Shown here piece by piece: positions 30,901 to 41,241 of a DNA stretch of 64,000 nucleotides (the first letter of the stretch is position 1; each line of letters begins with the position of its first letter). This stretch comes from Zygnema circumcarinatum SAG 698-1b (taxonomy: Eukaryota; Plantae; Zygnematophyceae). The position numbers were made by a program, and so were the translations under genes. Location of the stretch: the NCBI GenBank assembly GCA_037447605.1, contig CM074816.1, positions 2,074,525 through 2,138,524 on the forward strand, given 5' to 3'. Under the pieces are notes generated by a model. It was not told where the DNA came from. It did not search any database and saw nothing but the letters and a program-made list of their open reading frames with translations.

Positions 30901-33900
30901 CATTTTGGAAGCAAGCAGGTGGAGTTAGATGCAGGTTGCTGTGAATTTCGTCACATGCAAGTAGTGGAGACCCTTGTGAAGGGTGAGAGCGGAGTAGCTT
31001 GTACTTCTTCGAAAAGGGGAAGGTGCAGCGGTGGACGTTGGCACGATAGCTTGTGGAGCTCGGCATCGAAGTACTTGGACACCTAAGCTGGAAGAGCTTG
31101 AAGACGCTTGCAAGGACTAGGATCTTGAGAGGTGCCTAGGTCCGGGAGTCACAAGAGGGAAGAGGCATCGACATGGAGCTGGCGTGATCGCACTCATGAG
31201 GGGATGGCGCTTTAAAGCAAGGTACCGCAACCTTGCACCTTTTTGGTGATAGAATTTGGAGGGACAGGTTTCGGATTTCCCTTAAAGGAAGAAGATAGTA
31301 AGACTCAGGTACATGGTTGGAGGAGGGTGCTTCTAGTGTAGCCCGAGAGACCCAATCGTGCCTATCATTAGCGGAGGAGCAGCAAGACCATAGGCTGGAG
31401 ATGCTGACTTCAGATGACTTCTGTCCGGAGTGGGAGAAATGAAGAAGATGCTATGATAGAGGAGGCTGAGCAGTCTTGAAGCGTTGAAGCGAAGACCTTG
31501 AAGATTCGAGGAGCTGCGAGTGATCATGGAGATCAAGTGGCGGCAAGGAGCGCTTGGAGGCGCGGCTGGTGGCAACGGAATCAAGGGACGAGCAGAGTGT
31601 GGAGAATGTCATCATGATGATGGTGCAGTACACTTCCCTTCGTAGTATTCCTTAGAAAGTCACTAAAGCTGAGTGAGGTGTTTTCAGATGCATAAGAAGG
31701 TGCAAGAATTACACTCGTTGGAGAAATTGACACGCAATCAAGAAAGTGTCAAGCAGGGTTTGTAGGACCTTGATAGGGGAAGAGGAACATCTGGTTAGCT
31801 GGCTCATTGATGGAGTAAGTGAGCAGAATTAAGACCCCAAAGGTGGAGTACAAGAGGAGGGTGCCGAGATGTCGAAGCTAGAGGTGGCTTTGGAGGACCA
31901 GTCCTTGTACAAGGAGGCTGTTTAGCTTAAGAGGGGGTAGTTAAGGTGTTCAGATTCGACCTTGGCAGATGGTGCCGAGGGGAGCTTGTCCATGGGGGAC
32001 AAAGGTAGTTCATAGTGTGGGGTCCCAGGATCGTGTAGAGGAAGTTGTTGGTGAAGACGGCACTTCATTTGGGTGGAGGCCTACAACAAATGGCGAGAGT
32101 ACCACTAGGAGGATTCGAAGGACAACTATGAAGGACCTCATGTTTATGAGGGGGTGAGCGGCAATGAAGCAGACGACATTTTGAATGTGTGAGATGGGAG
32201 GAGAAGTTGTGACTTCTCGGGTTTACCTTGGAGGATGAATTTGGAAGACTTTGGGGAAGTTGAAGGTTCCCAACACATTGTTGACAAGGTGTCAATTGCG
32301 CTCAAGGAGGTTCTGATGTGCAACGATTGCACATGCGGAGTGAAGACCATCTTCAGGAGGAGGTGGCCCGGGGGAGAGTGCAATGGCTGTTGCATTCACG
32401 GTGGAATCAATTCAAGGGAATTGGTGAGCAAGCGGCAAGGTATGCTTAAGTGTTGCTTAAGCTTAGGGTGCCATGTTAGTATAGCTTGCAAGGAACTTAC
32501 GTACCAAGAGGGGGATTGTTGATGTATAGGGTACATCAAGGTGTTGGTACTTAGTTCCTAGCATGAATGTTGTCCGGGACATCAATGTGGTGGTATAGGG
32601 ACAATGTCATGTATGAATGGTCATGTTTGGTGTAGGACCGAACATGGGGGGTGCCCGTATCGTTAGGGCATGGTACGGCAGGTCTAGGGAAGGTCTAGGG
32701 TCGTAGAATTACGGCTTAGGCTTAGACCGTACCAAAGGGGGTGCACGGAATGTGCTTGACCGAAAAGGAGCGCGGCCGTACGGACGGCGCGCGACTGTAC
32801 GGACGACGCGAAACGTATGGACGCGGAGATATTTGGCGCGAGAGGCGGATCTGCACGAAGCGACATGATTGGTCGCGCCAGCGTGCAGATAGCGACGCAG
32901 TCTTCGGGCGTGACGTGACGCGGAAGTCGGTTGAAGAGATTGGAGATGTCGGCGGCGAATGAGGAGGTGGCACGTGGCATTGCTTGGACCCTTAGTGCGG
33001 TCCGCGGCTCTGACGAGGTCAACTGAGAAGGGGACCGAGTCAGCACTTGAGCGGGCGGCGGATATGTACGGCTGGGCGGCGGACGTGTACGGCCGGGCGG
33101 CGGAACAGTACGGACGACCTTGTGTAGGTCGGTGCTGGCGTAGGTTTACGTGAGACCGCGAAGCTGGCTGTTGAACGCGTAGCTGGCCGTTGAACGGCTT
33201 GCTGGCTGTTGAATGCATGCGCTTGCTAGTGCGCCTGTGACGTGACATCGGTGGTCACGTCACGCCGGCCGCCATAGTTTAAGAGGGAGCAAGCTTGGCT
33301 CTCTCACTCACTCACTCTCTCTGAATGTTATGCTGCTCGACCGTTGTTGTATAGGAAGAGTAGGCAGAGGCTGAGGCCTAGAGGAGTCCGGCCTTGTGTA
33401 TGAAGGTCGTGAAGGAACTAGCTCTCATCATGCTAAGCTTTAGTGAAGAAGCTAGATGGTGTGTCCCTCATGTGTTGAGGTAGAGGAGGAGTTCATGGAG
33501 GCAGGTAGTGCTTGGCTACTGCAGTTGGGGTGTAGGCTATCTATGAGAGGATAGGATAGTGCTCATGAGAGGAGGAGAATCTAGCATAAGGGATCTATGT
33601 AGATTTCCTCAAGAGCTTGTATTACACTCATGAAGTTTAAGGAGTTTTAGGGCCGTGGGCTTTCTCCTTACTACTGTATCATTCGTCATGTGAGTCCTCG
33701 TGTTGGATTGACGTGGTGGATGAGTGGAGGCGACCATTGTATGGGCGGTGTGTTGCTCCACACGAGGAGATCATTGGAGGAGCGTGGAGTTGAGGAGCCG
33801 AGACCATGGAGGAGATGAAGAAGTGCACTTGTTGAGGTGGGGAGTTTAGTTTCCGCTGTGCGCACCTGGCAAGAGGTGGACGAGAAGGCATATCGTGGCG

Positions 33901-34013
33901 GAAGCGGTATGTGGCCCAAGGAGAAGAAAAAGAAAAGTTTTGAGCTCTGATACCCAGGGCATGTGTTGCCCTTTCCTTGTGTCTTTCCATTCTTGCTGCC
34001 CCTTGCACCAACA
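27906..34013 (+). mobile_element. Structurally complete LTR retroelement A (6108 bp), non-coding/LARD-like
   Basis: LTRs 27906-29402 and 32517-34013 are both 1497 bp, TG...CA. PBS TGGTATCAGAGC at 29405-29416. PPT at 32506-32515. 5-bp TSD GGAGA at 27901-27905 and 34014-34018. The internal 3.1 kb has no ORF above ~105 aa and no RT/RH/IN motifs were seen; only a faint gag-like WKQAGGVR at ~30906-30929. Confidence 0.93.
29405..29416 (+). promoter_or_regulatory. Primer-binding site complementary to initiator tRNA-Met 3' end
   Basis: TGGTATCAGAGC lies 2 nt after the 5' LTR end; this is the canonical plant tRNAiMet PBS. Confidence 0.9.
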
Positions 34014-36189
34014 GGAGAACTTCATTGTGGGAAGACAGTTTTATTATAAGGAGTTTTAGAGCCGTGAGCTTTCTCCTAACACTCTCTCATTGTGATTTCC
34101 GTTGTGCTTGTCTTGTAGCTTCATTCTGTTGTTATGGGCGATGAGTGAAGTAAGATAGAGCTTTGAGTGTTTGAATGTCTTCATCCGTGGGAACTCAAGT
34201 TCCAATGGAGGGCGACACCCAAGGTGGCGCCGGAAGTGGGGAGCAAACCCCTGCTTCAACAACTATCACTTTGTACTCTTCAGGATTTCAATCATAAGCT
34301 AGGACTGAACCTTAAGCAACAAATGCTCCAAGACTTCAACCATAAGCTTTGATACCACTTGTTGGTGTGAGGGGGCAGAAGGAGAGACCTAGTGGAAGGA
34401 TAAAAACAAGCTTTAGTGAAACTCTAAAACTTCTTCCACTTCTACTTAGGCCACATACCGCATCCGCCACAGTATGCCTTCTCTTCCTCCCCTCACCAGG
34501 TGCGCACAGCGGATTGCGCCACCTACAAGAACACTTCTTCATCTCCTCCATGGTCTTGGCTCCTTCAGCTCCACGCTCCTCCAATGGTCTCCACGTGTGA
34601 TGCGACACACCGCCCATACAATGGTCGCCTCCACTCATCCATCACTCCAATCCAACACAAGGACTCACATGTGACAAATGACACAAGTATAAGGAGAAAG
34701 CCCTCGGCCCTAAAACTCCTTAACATTCATAGGTGTAATACAAGCTCTCTTAGGAAATCTACATATAACCTTATGCCCGATTCTCCTCCTCTCATGAGCA
34801 CTACCCTATCCTCTGATAGGCAGCTTACACCCCAACTGTAGTAGCTAAGCACTATATGCTTGCTTGAACTTCTCCTCTACCTCAACACGAGAGGGACACA
34901 TCTCTAACTCTTTCACTAGAGTTAACCATGATGAGAGACAGTTCTTTCACGACCCCCTACACAAGGCCGGACTCCTCAAGGCCTCCGCCTTCGCCTACTC
35001 TTCCTAACACGAAGGTTGAGCAGCATAACGTTCAGAGTGAGTATGAGCGAGTAAGTAGGGAGCCAAGCTTGCTCCCTCATATACCATGGCGGCCTTTGTC
35101 ACGTGACGCCGTCATGTCACGGCCACCCATGCAGCGCCTTGCAAGGGCCTTATCCTGATCTTAATCGTGCTCCGTCGGATCCTCCTTGGCTCACACGGAT
35201 CCAGCTCCTCAGCCCGTCGGATCCAACTCAGCCTCATCTTGATCCTCGTCCTGCACCGTACGATCTGACTCCTCACTAACTCAGCTGCATGTGGGACCCC
35301 GTAAGCCTACGGTCGCCACCGACCTAGGCCCTACAGGCCTTACCCCGAATCTGACACGTGGCGCCTTCCGATTCGCCACTGTCCTCCACATGAGACACTG
35401 CTGATGCAGCGCCTCCTCACTCCTGATTCACTGCGCCGACATTCTGATGTCGCGCCTTGTCACTTTCGAATCTGCCGCGTCGCGCCACGTCACTTCTGAC
35501 TCCGCCGCGCTGTGCCTCAGCACCGACCAATGTCCGTACTTCGAAAGTACATACCTAATCATGAGTGATGTTCCGCTTGGAGATTGCGTCGCGATCTGCA
35601 CTCTGGCGCGACCAATCATGTCGCTTAGTGCAGATCCGCCTTTCGCACCAAAGACCTCCGCGTCCGAACATTTCCGCGTCGTCCGTACAGTCGCGCGCCG
35701 TCCGTACAGTCGCGCTCCAGACCAATTAATGCGCATCCAGCGCACCCCCTTTGGTACGGTCTAAGCCTAAGCCGTAAATCTACGACCCTAGACCTTCCCT
35801 AGACCTTCCGTACATTGCCCTAACATTTGGGCATCCCCCATGTTTGGTCCTATACCAAACATGACCATTCATACATGACATTGTCCCTACATCAACACAT
35901 GATCTCCTGGACAACATCCATGCTAGGAACTAAGTACCAACACCTTGATGTACCTATACATCAACAACGCTGTCCGTTGAAACGAAACGTAATTAGGAGT
36001 ACATAAATACGCAATATACCCCATTTTAACCGCATTCGATCCAACGAAGAGCACACCAATCAGGACGCGCGACGTGGCAACGTCACACTCGCGGAAATTA
36101 TACCCCATTTTCATCAAAATCATCTTTGACACCTTAATCGAATAATCGTACGGATGAAAACGATGACAAAGCTTTTGCCTACGGCAACG

Positions 36190-39100
36190 CAAAAAGGTTG
36201 AGTCCATTAGGCGTTCTCCGTATTTAGTTATGGACCGTTAAGTGACACGTGCAACACGTTTTTTTACTATATACGTCCACTCCGTTATATATAACTTTTT
36301 TGTCTTTTACTTATTTGCACCGAAGTTTCTCTGCGTCACGCTGCAGTGTGTCTGCCGTATGCAAAAAAAGTTTGAGTCAATTAGGCGTTCTCCGTATTCA
36401 GTTATGGACCGTTTAGTGACACGTGCAACACGTTTTTTTACTATCTATGTCCACTCCGTTATATATAACTTTTTTGTCTTTTACTTTTTTGCACCGAACT
36501 TTCTCTGCGTCACGCTGCAGTGTGTCTGCCGTATGCAAAAAAAGTTTGAGTCAATTTGGCGTTCTCCGTATTCAGTTATGGACCGTTTAGTGACACGTGC
36601 AACACGTTTTTTTACTATATACGTCCACTCCGTTATATATAACTTTTTTGTCTTTTACATTTTTGCACCGAAATTTCTCTGCGTCACGCTACAGTGTGTC
36701 TGCCGTATGCAAAAAAAGTTTGAGTCAATTAGGCGTTCTCCGTATTCAGTTATGGACCGTTTAGTGACACGTGCAATAGGTTTTTTTCCTATACACGTCC
36801 ACTCCGTTATATATAACTTTTTTGTCTTTTACTTTTTTGCACCGAAATTTCTTAGCGTCACTCTACAGTGTGTCCGCCGTATGCACAAAAAGTTTGAGTC
36901 AATTAAGCGTTCTCCCTATTCAGATATGGACGTTTTTGTGACACGTGCAATAGGTTGCGTTCCTATACACGTCCACTCCGTTATATATAACTTTTTTGTC
37001 TTTTACTTTTTTGCACCGAACTTTCTCTGCGTCACGCTGCAGTGTGTCCGCCGTATGCAAAAAAAGTTTGAGTCAATTTGGCGTTCTCCGTATTCAGTTA
37101 TGGACCGTTTAGTGACACGTGCAACACGTTTTATTACTATATACGTCCACTTCGTTATATATAACTTTTTTGTCTTTTACATTTTTGCACCGAAATTTCT
37201 CTACGTCACGCTACAGTGTGTCTGCCGTATGCAAAAAAAGTTTGAGTCAATTAGGTTTTCTCCGTATTCAGTTATGGACCGTTTAGTGACACGTGCAACA
37301 CGTTTTTTTACTATATACGTCCACTTCGTTATATTTAACTTTTTTGTCTTTTACTTTTTCGCACCGAAATTTCTCTGCGTCGCGCTACAGTGTGTCTGCC
37401 GTATGCAAAAAAAGTTTGAGTCAATTAGGCGTTCTCCGTATTCAGTTATGGACCGTTTAGTGACACGTGCAACACGTTTTTTTACTATCTATGTCCACTC
37501 CGTTATATATAACTTTTTTTTCTTTTACTTTTTTGCACCAAACTTTCTCTGCGTCACGCTGCAGTGTGTCTGCCGTATGCAAAAAAAGTTTGAGTCAATT
37601 TGGCGTTCTCCGTATTCAGTTATGGACCGTTTAGTGACACGTGCAACACGTTTTATTACTATATACGTCCACTTCGTTATATATAACTTTTTTGTCTTTT
37701 CTTTTTTGCACCAAACTTTATCTGCGTCACGCTGCAGTGTGTCTGCCGTGTGCAAAAAAAGTTTGAGTCAATTTGGCGTTCTCCGTATTCAGTTATGGAC
37801 CGTTTAGTGACACGTGCAACACGTTTTTTTACTATATACGTCCACTTCGTTATATATAACTTTTTTGTCTTTTCTTTTTTGCACCAAACTTTTTCTGCGT
37901 CACGCTGCAGTGTGTCTGCCGTGTGCAAAAAAAGTTTGAGTCAATTAGGCGTTCTCCGTATTCAGTTATGGACCGTTTAGTGACACGTGCAACACGTTTT
38001 TTTACTATATACGTCCACTCCGTTATATATAACTTTTTTGTCCTTTTCTTTTTTGCACCAAACTTTCTCTGCGTCACGCTGCAGTGTGTTTGCCGTATGC
38101 AAAAATGTTTGAGTCAATTAGGCGTTCGCCGTATTCAGTTATGGACCGTTTAGTGACACGTGCAACACGTTTTTTTACTATATACGTCCACTCCGTTATA
38201 TATACCTTTTTTGTCTTTTACTTTTTTGCACCGAAATTTCTCTTCGTCACGCTACAGTGTGTCTGCCGTATGCAAAAAAATTTTGAGTCAATAAGGCGTT
38301 CTCCATATTCAGTTATGGACCGTTTAGTGACACGTGCAACACGTTTTTTTACTATATACGTCCACTTCGTTATATATAACTTTTTTGTCTTTTCTTTTTT
38401 GCATCGAACTTTCTCTGCGTCACGCTCCAGTGTGTCTGCCGTGTGCAAAAAAAGTTTGAGTCAATTAGGCGTTCTCCGTATTCAGTTATGGACCGTTTAG
38501 TGACACGTGCAACACGTTTTTTTACTATATACGTCCACTCCGTTATATATAACTTTTTTGTCTTTTACTTTTTTGCACCGAACATTCTCTGCGTCACGCT
38601 GCAGTGTGTTTGCCGTATGCAAAAAATGTTTGAGTCAATTAGGCGTTCGTCGTATTCAATTATGGACCGTTTAGTGACACGTGCAACACGTTTTTTTACT
38701 ATATACGTCCACTCCGTTATATATACCTTTTTTGTCTTTTACTTTTTTGCATCAAAATTTCTCTGCGTCACGCTACAGTGTGTCTGCCGTATGCAAAAAA
38801 AGTTTGAGTCAATTAAGCGTTCTCCGTATTCAGTTATGGACCGTTTAGTGACAGGTGCAACACGTTTTTTTACTATATACGTCCACTCCGTTATATATAA
38901 CTTTTTTGTCTTTTACTTTTTTGCACCGAACTTTCTCTGCGTCACGCTGCAGTGTGTCTGCCGTATGCAAAAAAAGTTTGAGTCAATTAGGCGTTCTCTG
39001 TATTCAGTTATGGACCGTTTAGTGACACGTGCAACACGTTTTTTTACTATATACGTCTACTCCGTTATATATATCTTTTTTGTCTTTTACTTTTTTGCAC

Positions 39101-40407
39101 CGAACTTTCTCTGCGTCACGCTGCAGTGTGTCCGCCGTATGCACAAAAAGTTTGAGTCAATTAAGCGTTCTCCCTATTCAGATATGGACGTTTTAGTGAC
39201 ACGTGCAATAGGTTGCGTTCCTATACACGTCTACTCCGTTATATATATCTTTTTTGTCTTTTACTTTTTTGCACCGAACTTTCTCTGCGTCACGCTGCAG
39301 TGTGTTTGCCGTATGCAAAAATGTTTGAGTCAATTAAGCGTTCTCCGTATTCAGTTATGGACCGTTTAGTGACACGTGCAACACGTTTTTTTACTATATA
39401 CGTCCACTCCGTTATATATAACTTTTTTGTCCTTTTCTTTTTTGCACCGAACTTTCTCTGCGTCACGCTGCAGTGTGTCTGCCGTATGCAAAAAAAGTTT
39501 GAGTCAATTAGGCGTTCTCCGTATTCAGTTATGGACCGTTTAGTGACACGTGCAACACGTTTTTTTATTATATACGTCCACTCCGTTATATATACCTTTT
39601 TTGTCTTTTACTTTTTTGCATCAAAATTTCTCTGCGTCACGCTACAGTGTGTCTGCCGTATGCAAAAAAAGTTTGAGTCAATTAAGCGTTCTCCGTATTC
39701 AGTTATGGACCGTTTAGTGACAGGTGCAACACGTTTTTTTACTATATACGTCCACTTCGTTATATATAACTTTTTTGTCTTTTCTTTTTTGCACCGAACT
39801 TTCTGTGCGTCACGCTGCAGTGTGTTTGCCGTGTGCAAAAAAAGTTTGAGTCAATTAGGCGTTCTCCGTATTCAGTTATGGACCGTTTAGTGACACGTGC
39901 AACATGTTTTTTTACTATATACGTCCACTCCGTTATATATAACTTTTTTGTCCTTTTCTTTTTTGCACCGACCTTTCTCTGCGTCACGCTGCAGTGTGTC
40001 TGCCGTATGCAAAAAAAGTTTGAGTCAATTAGGCGTTCTCTGTATTCAGTTATGGACCGTTTAGTGACACGTGCAACACGTTTTTTTACTATATACGTCC
40101 ACTCCGTTATATATAACTTTTTTGTCCTTTTCTTTTTTGCACCGAACTTTCTCTGCGTCACGCTGCAGTGTGTCTGCCGTATGCAAAAAAAGTTTGAGTC
40201 AATTAGGCGTTCTCCGTATTCAGTTATGGACCGTTTAGTGACACGTGCAACACGTTTTTTTACTATATACGTCCACTCCGTTATATATAACTTTTTTGTC
40301 TTTTACTTTTTTGCACCGAAATTTCTCTGCGTCACGCTACAGTGTGTCTGCCGTATGCAAAAAGAGTTTGAGTTAATTAGGCGTTCTCCGTATTCAGTTA
40401 TGGACCG
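36190..40407. repeat. 174-bp tandem satellite, ~24 units (some 173 bp)
   Basis: Anchor GTTATGGAC occurs at 36227, 36401, 36575, 36749 ... 40397. Units are highly similar. The first unit is degenerate and the last abuts telomere-like repeats. Confidence 0.97.
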
Positions 40408-40524
40408 GGAAACCCTAAAAACCCTAAAAACCCTTAAAACCCTAAAAACCCTAAAAACCCTAAAAACTCTAAAAACCCGAAAAACCCTAAAAACCCTGAA
40501 AACCCTAAAAACCTCGAAAACCTC
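40408..40524 (-). repeat. Degenerate 9-mer telomere-like repeats (CCCTAAAAA on +), G-strand pointing left
   Basis: AAACCCTAAAAACCCTAAAAACCCTTAAAACCCTAAAA..., 9-bp period. Confidence 0.85.
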
Positions 40525-40527
40525 GTC

Positions 40528-40762
40528 GCTCATGGCTTGTGGCTCGTGGCTCGTGGCTCGTGGCTCGTGGCTCATGTCTCGTGGCTCATGGCTCGTGGCT
40601 CATGGCTCGTGGCTCGTGGCTCGTGGCTCGTGGATCGTGGCTCGTGGCTCGTGGCTCGTGGCTCGTGGCTCGTGGCTCGTGGCTCGTGGCTCGTGGCTCG
40701 TTGCTCGTGGCTCGTGGCTCGTGGCTCGTGGCTCGTGGCTTGTTGCTCGTGGCTCGTGGCTC
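40528..40762. repeat. Heptamer minisatellite (GGCTCGT)n, ~33 units
   Basis: Direct reading of the sequence, with occasional CAT/TGT variants. Confidence 0.95.
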
Positions 40763-40982
40763 ACGAGGCGGTGAGTAAAGCGAAGTTTAATCACCGCCTC
40801 GTGCAAACGGTTATCCACGGACTCTCGACCAGATGTTTAACCATATTGTCGAGGTTTTCTCTGCGCCTTTGTTGGCTTTAGTCAGTCACCGCCTCGTACA
40901 AGTAGCCACGAAGCCTCGACCTGATGGTTAACCCTATATTGAGATGGTTAACCAGATGGTCGCGGCGTTTCCTGCGCTTGGA

Positions 40983-41050
40983 CACCCTACAAACCCTACA
41001 AATCCTTCAAACCCTACACACTTTAAAACCCCTAAAAACCCTAAAATCCT
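40983..41050 (-). repeat. Short, more degenerate telomere-like tract
   Basis: CACCCTACAAACCCTACAAATCCTTCAAACCCTACAC...CCCCTAAAAACCCTAAAATCC. Confidence 0.7.
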
Positions 41051-41241
41051 GACGACAAAAGTGTACTCAATGTTTCATACTAATAGGTTAGGAACAGGTC
41101 AAGCTCCGGACTAGAATGAAAGCATACATTATTCCAGGCCCATGGCCATAGGGTACAATGATGAGACAACGCTTTGGTGCAGAGGTCCCCTTTTCATTCC
41201 AGTTGCTCCCGCTCACTAATCACGTAGTTTCTCTTAGGCGT

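Larger units (their letters stand above)
27717..34205 (+). mobile_element. LTR-like fragment C (27717-27905 + 34019-~34205) split by element A
   Basis: Carries the family promoter palindrome (GACGTGACATGTGTGTCACGTC) and a TATA-like stretch. AAGGAGTTTTAGAGCCGTGAGCTTTCTCC is homologous to the A/D LTR. The boundary at ~34205 is approximate. Confidence 0.55.
27271..35966 (-). mobile_element. Antisense LTR retroelement B (sister subfamily), host of nested insertions
   Basis: 5' LTR 34360-35966 (TG...CA on minus). PBS TGGTATCAAAGC on minus at ~34346-34357. The 3' LTR end 27271-27706 is nearly identical to 34360-34795. 5-bp TSD ACGCT at 27266-27270 and 35967-35971. The middle is collapsed at a 10-N gap. 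Confidence 0.85.

Noticed and set aside
29403-32516. Intact gag-pol in element A
   Set aside because: There are multiple stops in all frames and no YxDD, RNase H or integrase motifs were seen. There is only a faint gag-like fragment.
24055-33248. Antisense 179-187-aa ORF present in all three A/D-type LTRs
   Set aside because: The LTRs are recent GC-rich copies, so shared openness is expected. The D copy is frameshifted relative to the others and no domain is recognisable.
36190-40407. Calling the satellite plus LTR nest a centromere
   Set aside because: The array is only ~4 kb and genes lie within 1 kb of its right side. Size and monomer length alone are not sufficient without CENH3 data.
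36242-40774. Long ORFs (521, 308, 225, 313 aa) made of a 58-aa repeat MQKKFESIRRSPYSVMDRLVTRATRFF...
   Set aside because: These are a by-product of a 174-bp (3x58) unit that is stop-free in one frame. The 173-bp units repeatedly break the frame, and the last ORF runs on into telomeric and heptamer repeats. Ribo-seq or proteomics support would be needed to revive this.
40762-40820. Helitron 3' terminus
   Set aside because: A hairpin is present, but no CTRR end lies 10-12 nt downstream and no matching 5' TC end or A/T target was identified.
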